From NCBI GenBank assembly GCA_000092065.1, contig CP000594.1: a stretch of 64,000 nucleotides of DNA. One strand, written 5' to 3'. The notes beneath the pieces were generated by a model. That model ran no database searches. It was given only the letters and a program-made list of their open reading frames with translations, and was not told where the DNA came from. The stretch comes from Ostreococcus lucimarinus. Lineage: Eukaryota. A program made the position numbers and the translations under genes. This document shows positions 10,501 through 17,177 of the stretch, one piece after another; the first letter of the stretch is position 1, and each line of letters opens with the position of its first letter.

Positions 10501-10996
10501 CACTTATGTCCAAGGGTACTCCGGTGGCCGTCATCGTAATGAGGGAGGAAATCCAAAACGGACTCCACGAGAATGTCGGGACATCGCTAAAAGCAAGGGT
10601 TTACCTGCCTGGGGATTTCGAACCGGCCGTCATAATGATCCTAACTGGCGGTTTACGTGCTTCTTTTATGAGCACGGATTTGGGAGATTTGCGGGTAATG
10701 ATGACACAATGCATATGACAGGATGCGTCGATATATCCCGAAAGACCGCAAATGGCTGCGCACTGAGCGCATCAGCCAGCGCGCGGTTGGGTTCTGAAGA
10801 CTTAGAGACTTACCCTCGCGCGATGGCGAGACCAAAGGCGAGACTGCTAGAATCAGACTGGTACTATATCTCTGTCTGCTGTGTTCTCGTCAGCCTAGCG
10901 TCTGTGGTAGCGTTCGTCGCATTTCGACGCTCGCGAACGTCGGGCAAACGCATTCTACTTGAACGAGTCTCAACGAACTACGGTGCCACAATTTAA
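4586..10996 (+). CDS. Giant (~2,100 aa) membrane-anchored multi-lectin protein: N-terminal Ala/Gly-rich region, beta/gamma-crystallin-like segment, tectonin-type beta-propeller repeats, three ~105-aa tandem repeats, F5/8-type-C/fucolectin-like domain, C-terminal TM helix + short tail
   Basis: Single ORF listed 4505..10996 with a TTG start; the first ATG is at 4586 (MSKKSDP) and an alternative at 4748 (MVGLIR) is followed by a hydrophobic signal/anchor. Three tandem repeats (IFTxNNxDxxARVxxxxDGxIxxxxGxKxxGWLSLS...GYWSPAxYSCxxGLV). A CCSDRFIGLRVYI fucolectin-like motif. C-terminal WYYISVCCVLVSLASVVAFVAF TM helix. Confidence 0.7.
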   Translation: MSKKSDPLYVPVNTCEDDTVGLLRTIDEVQVDEGETNVTSPEDNNCDGGVRVVDMVGLIRNGLHARRCASRRRSTAIIHVLLTVVLASFLRSTLAFERTDGFQGELEDTAHEGPGASRSSVANETAALGCAWGIPCPPVAQAVVDVVSDPHGAAEDAANLAGDGLNSAVDAAAAGATFLYDQGTAAASAAAAAATELASAGFEFAKGAATSAYAMGCSAAAMAWNTATAVYDRMSDPEKFLSDMIDSFPTSLGDLKSLSGKALAVGGEAFVEMNANNPVGRQALAAVKKANEIGGKYGFENLQKFTAVGASLTNRVIPGGGIIFEAVDVVGETAQDAVDTAILIVESMLNALECKVSPVDVMEVIQKVVIEQISSWNAFAKMFEEKKGTDFFYKLDHVICNTLWTVAMPHADLMVTAIGVLLEKVQATCPGVIPADSKPAATLGLIFDASVKGGSMKGVSAEVGIGADIDGNKFCYFGSCAYAGISFGGYGADGTMLAGLSVWKSMDSVPGTSSTFAFAADITMPLLPSFDPGVTFVSNDAGLIGISVSKEIPGGDEPSGEFSVTKGRCVTPVCVKTDGNPCGEGQAAWSDVGSHATAAVEAIKTDECIVAGAGVIEQNGGISVSREIRLPASGVNLLADAEANPTGMKNFKPSSVRIPEGKFLLAFTGGDEAFKGSETVIRSYKSKLNNRLYSMTSFVVSDIAAEFHEEAPKSVGPEHAGSISKCKAMCAVKKHCCNTDESIGSNQYLSCLQACVVRVRGTDERTCNSYCASATTSRHINGYMYNLATSCADVVASEGKLCSTRYGSDRSTCLYGCSIGRDPEQSLAVVKSTGFYMQLPAAHVTPRSTNNLRDRTLSSVIVRAGFVVKLYAGRDLKGQYLTLGSSATLYGNHARFYSSLRGSFPNTKFAWANFNDRTRSIAILEAPVTLYTQPNFHGDHESKLEHAFDYTSLGPTVGDRHVNSIFLREGSVVEVYEGRSFNGRGMQFISSVSDVRRATESIGDLSRPTWQRVYGTASMVDAGREEVYSIHADDVANTKPVDNSGDWSDFLTLKWSHISVGPTGHVWAIRKPYGNAYHCMPHQTSCKTKWEYTRLTQLDAGSLYVWGVTYSGYVYRHLVNTHEGSWTRVNAPDTMKHISIGPSGDVWAVSTTNKVYFCVHPCTGSWRVIGASAPVKRLIFTVNNDKYMARVDLKTDGSINFNAGHKVAGWLSLSGITYATSGLNYLSLNSRYWEHYSGMNGYWSPAQYSCSNGLVSVTGLVKTKNHGWGQVIGTLPSGCRPTKALIFTTNNHDEQARVNVYADGTIKWGAGGKGHGWLSLSNIVFSTSGNALLPLSNGWAHYSGTSGYWSPAEYSCADGLVVLSGLVRGSNWGSTIGTLPPGCRPKQALIFTTNNSDKQARVNVSPGGVIKWSRGGKGHGWLSLSGIVFAMTGLQLMPLSNGWKYYNGARTSGYWAPAQVASVRGLTVAQGLIKGGGWGGTMAKITGGCGYMSDLMSLTKKNAGQHSTAHNGVASRPLTSTPNGRWGGGTCTHTNHASDPWWRLDMGTTRTLSSVELLNRNDCCSDRFIGLRVYISNHNSYVKDHPSNKQCGQTLGSPNTAWNIFDCGDAISGRYVYATLYGKAAPLTICGVRMFESNTMIKQLDVGKRYVYGTSTNGHLFKIRADGGEDNWSLVHRYSEFGGIDANYVSVSPHSEQSSFLWVTNQANEIYRQSIGIQISSMRVASAIVTAYKGVGFTGDSLPLTSGFYNFKTLEADSDAGFKLTNLRAFVRSIKSIRIHPDYEVELRGYNQARAVVTSSTMGVHDFHKLDTEGKEHEENIVGATRFPRPSGVSRKSTFMPIEATTLGTWIQTRTANVYVMSDLSATPSALIRYIAAYGDAEYCKMIMFHVRHGDEVSVVPEEAGYATFGIRDASSDKCQNRDGVLSLWRIKQTPRLARRATDAGYGIGKLKFSILGGWTGEIASMKVMRKLTYVQGYSGGRHRNEGGNPKRTPRECRDIAKSKGLPAWGFRTGRHNDPNWRFTCFFYEHGFGRFAGNDDTMHMTGCVDISRKTANGCALSASASARLGSEDLETYPRAMARPKARLLESDWYYISVCCVLVSLASVVAFVAFRRSRTSGKRILLERVSTNYGATI

Positions 10997-11265
10997 ACAA
11001 ATCATTTCAAACCATCCTATTATTGGCATTGTGGTAAGTACAATCGACCTCACGGAAAAGGCAGGCGGTACTGGCGTCGAAGAGTCGCGTGAGATTTCGC
11101 TTAAGATTTCGGCACCCTCGCTTAAGATCTCTTCAGAATCGAATCTCTGAACGCAAGGCGTGGATGTACATTAAACCATGAACGAGGCGGGACACGGTTC
11201 GATTTTTGGATTACAAGTGTAGGTCTACTTTTACGTTTCGTGGACTCCGCTCGAGTCGGCCGATG

Positions 11266-12075
11266 TCACCATGTCAGGTGTTTCGAGTGCACTAGAGACG
11301 TGACCGCCGATACACAGGACGTCGAGCTCGGCGTGCCTGATTTCACGACTCGGCGACCATGGTTTGAAACCGAAATGACCATCGGCTTCAGGCCCAGGCG
11401 CGGCCGCAATGCTACTTTAAACTTAATTTTTTTTTTTTGAAAAAAGAGTAGTAAGAGTAATAAAAATAAACTTTTTTTTTGTTTGAGTTGGGGCCCCCCC
11501 AACATGATAAAACCGCACATCGACGTTGATGTACCACATGTAAGATTTCTCCGGGAACCAATCGTGTGAGTGAAGTGGTCAAACCAAGCCACGCAACTCA
11601 TCGACCGTAAATTGATACTTGTCGAGACTGCGCTTCGAAGGCAGCGTGCCGCGCGCTCGAGCATTCTTGAGGCACGTCTTACGCAGTATCTTTTCGCGTG
11701 CTGCTTGTAATAATTGAGTTGTCTGTAGTTACCATCGCCGCCGTCCCGCTTCGGCGTATATTGAGCTCTGCTGTAGGCCGGACTCTCGTCCACGTTCTCG
11801 TGGCACGCCTGCTTCTGGCTGCGTCCAGTAGCTCGGGAGTTGAATAAGCCGTCACGCTTCTCTCTCATGTAGGCACTTTTACGTTGATGGAGCTCTCCAG
11901 CTGGAATGTCCTTTTCGAGAACTCTCACGTCCGCGTCGCCAAACGTGAAGATTGGATGCCGTGCGTATTTATGCGAGGCAAGGCGCGCTCTGATCGAACC
12001 TGTCGTCGATCCGATGTACGTTTTGTCACATTTCGCATTATCGCTATACATTTCGTACACGCATCCCGACGGCAT
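11266..12075 (-). CDS. GIY-YIG family (homing-type) endonuclease; C-terminal ~90 codons run through a poly(A/T) tract without a stop (possibly decaying)
   Basis: N-terminus CVYEMYSDNAKCDKTYIGSTTGSIRARLASHKY matches the GIY-YIG motif (GIY...YIGS...R...H; compare I-TevI GIYQIKNTLNNKVYVGSAKDFEKRWKRH). Downstream E...N (REKRDGLFNS) fits. Low-GC codon usage. Confidence 0.55.
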   Translation of the reverse strand: MPSGCVYEMYSDNAKCDKTYIGSTTGSIRARLASHKYARHPIFTFGDADVRVLEKDIPAGELHQRKSAYMREKRDGLFNSRATGRSQKQACHENVDESPAYSRAQYTPKRDGGDGNYRQLNYYKQHAKRYCVRRASRMLERAARCLRSAVSTSINLRSMSCVAWFDHFTHTIGSRRNLTCGTSTSMCGFIMLGGPQLKQKKSLFLLLLLLFFQKKKIKFKVALRPRLGLKPMVISVSNHGRRVVKSGTPSSTSCVSAVTSLVHSKHLTW

Positions 12076-12244
12076 TTGTCCTGGTTACCTATCTATCCCT
12101 AAGAAAATATTGTTGCCTCCTCCTGCGGTTTGCAGTCACATTCGAGAGACCATAGGTACTCGTGTCGCTGCGTGGGGTGCAAGGTCCGGGATGTAGATAT
12201 CGAACCGCCCGATTTCACACCTGGACGTTCGTGATCCGTCGAGA

Positions 12245-12435
12245 CCTGACGAAATGACGAACTTGTTTTGTCGTCCCGAAATTCGTCAGCCCGTCGTTCG
12301 GTCACACTTTGTGTGTACCAATGATGAAAATGACGAAATGTTAAAATATTTTAATGTTTATTTTTATTTTAGATCTATGACAAGCAACAGTGTAGACCTT
12401 TATGAAAACAGTTCGTCATTCGTCATTTCGTCAGG
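12245..12435. promoter_or_regulatory. Inverted repeat (CCTGACGAAATGACGAAC / GTTCGTCATTCGTCATTTCGTCAGG) flanking an AT-rich core between the D5 3' end and the GIY-YIG 5' end
   Basis: Arms at 12245..12262 and 12411..12435 are near-perfect reverse complements. The core 12325..12375 is >80% AT. Confidence 0.35.
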
Positions 12436-12500
12436 ATCCAAACCATGGTCTTTTTGGTGTCTTGTTGAGTCTTCATATTGCAAATGTACGAATTACAAAA

Positions 12501-14711
12501 TTAGTATGAGCACCAGACGACCGCCGGCGCGAGCTCCGTCTCCCCCGTGTACCCATTGTTCTTCAGCCACTCGAAGCACCCGTCGCGGTCAATTTCCCAA
12601 TAAACGCCCTTCTCGTCCCTACCTTGCCTCAGGTGGTCCTCTTGCATTGGGACCCTGTGGCCCTTTTCCTTCTTGAAGAAGTCCTTGAGCTTATTACCGA
12701 CCTTCGTCGCGCTATCTTGACCGCGCGCAGCCGCTGGCAACCACGTCTGGTATTCGATGAAGATGTCACTGTTGCGGATTTTATTTCCAACCCACTTCTC
12801 AGGGAATTCAACAGTGACGCAATGCTCAAACCATCGAGTGAACTTGGGCATGCATCCACGCTTCATTTCCGAATACGCATCGGTCGTAGGTCTGTCTTTG
12901 ACGTAGTCAAAGGTCGATAGGTCGAGCCCCATGAGATGGTCGTAGATTGCCCTCAAGTTCCTCGGATCCCTGATGTAAACCTCGCGGAATTCCTTCAAGA
13001 ATCCAGTCTGGTCGTTCAAGTGCGTGAGCAGTGGCTCCATGACGACGAACCGACGATCACTCATTTCCAGAAAGACCGGGTAGTCGTCGTTCGAGAAAAA
13101 TAGGAACCCAACCAGATTCATGATGACGTACAGCTGCACGTGCTTCGGGTTGATTGTGAAACTCGTGTCCGTGAGCATCGACTTCAGCAACTTTCTATAC
13201 ATTTTCATGATGCACTCATCTGCTTCGTTCAACGCGAGGCACTTTTTGCCTTCAATCATGTTCGCATGCGTCCCAAATATGTCCTTTTTCGGATCAGCCG
13301 TCTCGTGAAACGTCTTGCCCATGAGCGCGTGAAGCAGGTGCAGGAAAGTGCCCTTGCCGGTACCTTGGACTCCTCGAAACACGAGCGACGTGATCGGCTT
13401 CTCTTCGGGTCTCTGGAAGAGACACGCGAACCAATTCGAAGCGTACTCGAGCGCATTTTCTGAACCGCCACATAGCACCAGGAGGAGCTCGAGGAAAGGC
13501 TTCACGTCGCCCTCTTTGCCCAGTTCACTGGGGATGCCTTCGACCGGGTAGCCTCGCCACAGATTGTACGTCTTGTTGCTGCAGTTTTTCGGGACGACGT
13601 CGAGGTTATCGTACACCCGTTTATTGTCGTCGTCGAGCCACTTTTCGATGAACCCGTTTTTCTTGCCTTTCCTCAAGACACCGTTCTCATCGACAAAGGA
13701 GAGCTCTCGATAGCGCCTCACCAAAGCGGCCTCGCTGTACTTGGTAATGTCCCCGGTGGTTCCATAACAGCTATCGTCGCAGAAGAGGTCCTTGGTTAAG
13801 ATCTTTGCGACGTGCTTCTCGAACTCACGGCGGACCTCGATGTAGCCCGCAGACGTGCCCTCTTTGATTTCGTTCTGCTCCTTTTCGGTGATACCGGTCA
13901 CCAAACACCCAACCTCAAAGCGAAACTGTCTGGGCTTGCAGTTGCCATGGTTTTTCACGGTGAGCACGCCGAGACCGACCTCGGCGACGTAAAAGTGATT
14001 CCCACCGCCCCTTCCATTGCCTTCGTGGAAGCCCCCACAGCAAGGACATTGGCCCACAGTGGTGCCTCGCTGTGGGCGACATTGGTCGCATTCAAAATCA
14101 TACGATGTCGCTCCACTGAGCCAATGTATGCCCGTGAACCCCATTTCCTCGAGCAAAGGTGTCACAGATGCTTGCGTAAAGCTGCACTCCGTGTCCGCGC
14201 GTTCGACCTTGTGACCGACTTTGCCATCAAGGAAACTGTACAAATCGTTGGGCATCGGTGGTAAATTGTTGATGTCGCCTCGGAGTAGCTCGTAGCCCGG
14301 GGCATCGGCACCGACCACGTAGTTACCCGTCGTACGGATATCGACGAACCCTTCGATGCCCACCGTGCCTTTCCAATCGCCGAATCGTTCTTCGTCCCAT
14401 GCGAAGTACGTGTGGTACCCGCCTGATCGCGTTTTGACGATATACGCGCCTTCCCCGCCGACCTTGCGCGTCAACATTTCTTCCGTGAGTTCAAACTCGC
14501 ACTTGCCACCGTAACAATCCCAGTCGATGACGAGGACACGGTTCGGTCGCCCTGTCAGCACGCCGTACATTTCTCCTGGGATGACTTTCTGCGTATTCCG
14601 TTCATAGTTTGCTTCATCGAGGAACCCCCTGCCGCATGTTGGCTCCTTGTCCTGGTCGAGTGGGATCAGATGCATGCCGTTCGTAAATTCTCTGGCGTCC
14701 ATATATATCAC
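12501..14711 (-). CDS. D5-like primase-helicase: N-terminal PrimPol (archaeo-eukaryotic primase) domain, D5_N, SF3 helicase (NCLDV/PLV/virophage/phage-P4 type)
   Basis: 736-aa ORF. PrimPol motifs (VLVIDWDCYGG...GGYHTYF...FVDIRTTGNYVVGA). Walker A VFRGVQGTGKGT and Walker B CLALNEADE of an SF3 helicase. Low-GC codon usage. Confidence 0.85.
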   Translation of the reverse strand: MIYMDAREFTNGMHLIPLDQDKEPTCGRGFLDEANYERNTQKVIPGEMYGVLTGRPNRVLVIDWDCYGGKCEFELTEEMLTRKVGGEGAYIVKTRSGGYHTYFAWDEERFGDWKGTVGIEGFVDIRTTGNYVVGADAPGYELLRGDINNLPPMPNDLYSFLDGKVGHKVERADTECSFTQASVTPLLEEMGFTGIHWLSGATSYDFECDQCRPQRGTTVGQCPCCGGFHEGNGRGGGNHFYVAEVGLGVLTVKNHGNCKPRQFRFEVGCLVTGITEKEQNEIKEGTSAGYIEVRREFEKHVAKILTKDLFCDDSCYGTTGDITKYSEAALVRRYRELSFVDENGVLRKGKKNGFIEKWLDDDNKRVYDNLDVVPKNCSNKTYNLWRGYPVEGIPSELGKEGDVKPFLELLLVLCGGSENALEYASNWFACLFQRPEEKPITSLVFRGVQGTGKGTFLHLLHALMGKTFHETADPKKDIFGTHANMIEGKKCLALNEADECIMKMYRKLLKSMLTDTSFTINPKHVQLYVIMNLVGFLFFSNDDYPVFLEMSDRRFVVMEPLLTHLNDQTGFLKEFREVYIRDPRNLRAIYDHLMGLDLSTFDYVKDRPTTDAYSEMKRGCMPKFTRWFEHCVTVEFPEKWVGNKIRNSDIFIEYQTWLPAAARGQDSATKVGNKLKDFFKKEKGHRVPMQEDHLRQGRDEKGVYWEIDRDGCFEWLKNNGYTGETELAPAVVWCSY

Positions 14712-15181
14712 ATAAGAAAAGAATTCTTTAAGCCGTGTTTTTCCTGGTCACATCGGCGCGATGACTGATTTTCAAGTTTTTCAACAGCCTGGAAAAGCAC
14801 GCCAGCACGCCCCACTGGTCAACATTTTGCCACTTTTTCGACGAGATCGGGGTACTGCAAAGCACACGGCGAAGACGGGTGGCCGATGATCCATGTGTCC
14901 GTGTCTTCTCTGATGATTCGCTCCCGTTCATGGCTCAAGTGGTCGCGCGACCTCGCGCGTGAACGAAGGTGCCAAATTTTAGGTACCAGAGGTGCCCATT
15001 TCTTCGTGGTGAGATGGTCCCTCGTGTACCACGCCGCTCCCCTTTAAGTATGAAAAGTTATGTCCAATATATTGCGCGCGATGTCCGATGGTACACCATA
15101 CAATTTCATAGTTAAGCCACACTTATTATATGACGACAGTGCCTACCTGTCGGTGGTCACGGAAAAGTTGCGTCTCAGACT

Positions 15182-15320
15182 GAGGATGGCGTGGCTCATG
15201 CGAGCTATATATACCTCATATATACATATATTAACACTTATAACACTATTAATGTACAATTGATTGGATGAGGTGCTCAGTCCACCCGCGCGAGGTCAAC
15301 AGCAGCAATTGTCTATGCAC
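15182..15320. repeat. Direct repeat R2 copy A (~140 bp), includes the last ~20 nt and 3' flank of the metallothionein-like CDS
   Basis: ~90% identical to 16869..17008. Confidence 0.6.
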
Positions 15321-15643
15321 TTGGAGCATGAGTTTTTGCACTCGCACGACGGACACGCGCAGGAGGTGCATCCGCACGACTTACACGTGGTCGCATCGGG
15401 ACACGCGCATTTGTCGGGGCCACAAGCATCACAGTCTTTCGGGCAGCACGCCTTGTCCGTGGACTCAGATTGTACCGTCCGTGCTGCAACCCGCGTCGGG
15501 CGCGAGACGACGCGCACGGCGCGTGGCGCGGTTCTTGACAATACGAAATCTGGTATCTGCGTACTCTTTACCTTAACGGCGGAGACTTTGAGCATTGTTG
15601 CGTCGAGGAATGGGCCAAGGGTAAGTAACCTCGTGGTCGGCAC
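15296..15643 (-). CDS. Metallothionein-like cysteine-rich protein (19 Cys in the C-terminal 50 aa) with a Cys-free, transit-peptide-like 65-aa N-terminal extension
   Basis: C-terminus CCPKDCDACGPDKCACPDATTCKSCGCTSCACPSCECKNSCSKCIDNCCC. The N-terminus is S/T/R/V/A-rich with few acidic residues. Head-to-head with ferritin. Confidence 0.5.
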   Translation of the reverse strand: MPTTRLLTLGPFLDATMLKVSAVKVKSTQIPDFVLSRTAPRAVRVVSRPTRVAARTVQSESTDKACCPKDCDACGPDKCACPDATTCKSCGCTSCACPSCECKNSCSKCIDNCCC

Positions 15644-15684
15644 GTGCCCGCCTTATACAATCGACGCCTGAAAAGGGAGACTGG

Positions 15685-16542
15685 ATGAGATCGAGGGCAC
15701 CCCGTGAGCGATCACTCTTCGACGCGGAACTCGTTCCTGTAGACGGCCAGCCACCACTCGAACGACCATACGGCAGCACAAAAGTACATCCACAACGTGT
15801 ACGTATCGAAATGGCTGCCTATACTCAAGCGACGTTAACAGCACCTTCGTCGTCGACAGCCGTAAGCAATTCGAAGATAAGACTACGCCGTTCACGAACA
15901 ACTACGCGCACACATTCTGATCCGTCCGAAAGTACGCCGTTGAGTGAAGAGGCGCAAATCATAGTTGATGCATCGGAGGCGTACCCAGCGCAGACAAGCG
16001 TGGATTATTCGTTCGCAAGGAGTGGGTTCAGTAACCAGTGTGAACGAGCACTCAACGAGCAAATCAATGTCGAGTACAATATTTCGTACGTCTATCACGC
16101 CATGTGGGCGTACTTCAATCGTGACAATATCGCATTGGCTGGCTTTGCTGAACACTTTCGAAAAGAGTCACTGGAGGAGCGTGCGCATGCGGAACAACTC
16201 ATGGAGTACATGAACTTACGAGGCGGCAAAGTTGAGCTCCAACAATTGTTACCACCACAGAGTGAATACGATCGCCCGGAGAAAGGATGCGCACTATTAG
16301 CCCTGGAGCTGAGTTTGAGTCTCGAAAAGTTGAATAAAGAGAAACTGTGTGAACTGCATCGCGTCGCTGAGGATGCAGGAGACGCACATATGTGCGATTT
16401 TATTGAAGGCGAGTTATTAGACTCGCAGGTTCAAAGTGTGCGACAGGTTAGCGAGATGGTCGCCACGCTATTACGCATGGGACCGCCAGCAGATGGTATG
16501 GCAACTTGGCACTTCGATCAAACCTTACTTGAGGTGGCATAG
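15685..16542 (+). CDS. Ferritin (plant/algal type, with N-terminal targeting/extension peptide; alternative start ATG at 15811)
   Basis: QCERALNEQINVEYNISYVYHAMWAYFNRDNIALAGFAEHFRKESLEERAHAEQLMEYMNLRGGKV...SLEKLNKEKL...WHFDQTLLE matches the plant ferritin consensus (ferroxidase-centre residues E, Y, E..H present). Confidence 0.9.
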   Translation: MRSRAPRERSLFDAELVPVDGQPPLERPYGSTKVHPQRVRIEMAAYTQATLTAPSSSTAVSNSKIRLRRSRTTTRTHSDPSESTPLSEEAQIIVDASEAYPAQTSVDYSFARSGFSNQCERALNEQINVEYNISYVYHAMWAYFNRDNIALAGFAEHFRKESLEERAHAEQLMEYMNLRGGKVELQQLLPPQSEYDRPEKGCALLALELSLSLEKLNKEKLCELHRVAEDAGDAHMCDFIEGELLDSQVQSVRQVSEMVATLLRMGPPADGMATWHFDQTLLEVA

Positions 16543-16652
16543 AAGCGGATTGTATCTCGTTGAGTCTAGTCACTTTCGTGTGCTCGTTTCGTTGGTTTCT
16601 GGTTACGAGTTCTTCCGTTGTTCTAAATATAACATATATTTAGACATATCCA

Positions 16653-16779
16653 AACCCTAGTACAATCACCCTAGGGTTTAGTCAAACTTTAATCAGTTTT
16701 ATCTAAATTAATTTTCATCTGTCGTCGCGAAAGATGAATCCTCGCGACAGAAAAACAGGTCTAAACCTTAAACCCTAAC
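16653..16779. repeat. Cluster of telomere-like / telo-box motifs (AAACCCTAG, CCCTAGGGTTTAG, TAAACCTTAAACCCTAAC)
   Basis: TAGGGTTTAG equals 1.5 units of the plant-type TTTAGGG telomeric repeat. Similar motifs occur at 4509..4518 and 19091..19106. Confidence 0.5.
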
Positions 16780-16790
16780 TTCGGTTGGGC

Positions 16791-16870
16791 TATATAGCAC
16801 TTTGGGCGGTTAAAACCGCGCCCAAAGCCCCATATATTGTCCCATGTTTCGGCCAAATCCCGCGCTTTGA
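16791..16870. repeat. Repeat module R1 copy B (hairpin CTTTGGGCGG-ttaaaa-CCGCGCCCAAAG)
   Basis: Homologous to 4151..4230; abuts R2 copy B. Confidence 0.6.
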
Positions 16871-17008
16871 GGATGGCGTGGCTCATGCGACCTATATATG
16901 CCTCATGCGTACATATATTAACATTTATAAGGGTATTAATACATAATTGATTGGATGGGGTGCTCAGTCCACCCGCGCGAGGTCAACAGCAGCAATTGTC
17001 TTTGCACT
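16869..17008. repeat. Direct repeat R2 copy B
   Basis: ~90% identical to 15182..15320. Confidence 0.6.
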
Positions 17009-17040
17009 GATCAGTCCGTGTTTGACAAGGAGACGTTCGC
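16983..17040 (-). pseudogene. Fragment of a metallothionein-like gene 3' end (...PCQTRTDQCKDNCCC*), duplicated with R2
   Basis: Reverse-strand translation ends ...QCKDNCCC-TGA, paralleling ...SKCIDNCCC-TGA of the 15296..15643 gene. No upstream ORF. Confidence 0.3.
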
Positions 17041-17177
17041 GCGAAAGTGAGTGGAGTGAGATAAGCAAAATTGGGATTTTTTGTTATTTAAAATGACTTC
17101 TTTTATATCGACGATCTTGTCTCGATTATACGCTGACCTTCGCGGGTGCTTGTTGTACTTGTACGTACACGACCCAG

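Noticed and set aside
11200-11215. GGTTCGATT resembling a tRNA T-loop
   Set aside because: No acceptor stem, D-arm or anticodon arm could be built around it.
14700-14731. Possible frameshift at the 5' end of the D5-like gene (my reading of CCCATATATATCAC gave a TGA in frame where the track has MIYM)
   Set aside because: Coordinates of flanking listed ORFs are self-consistent on both sides, and the discrepancy is a single base in a homopolymer/alternating run. It is most likely my mis-reading rather than a real lesion, so the track's 12501..14711 ORF is kept.
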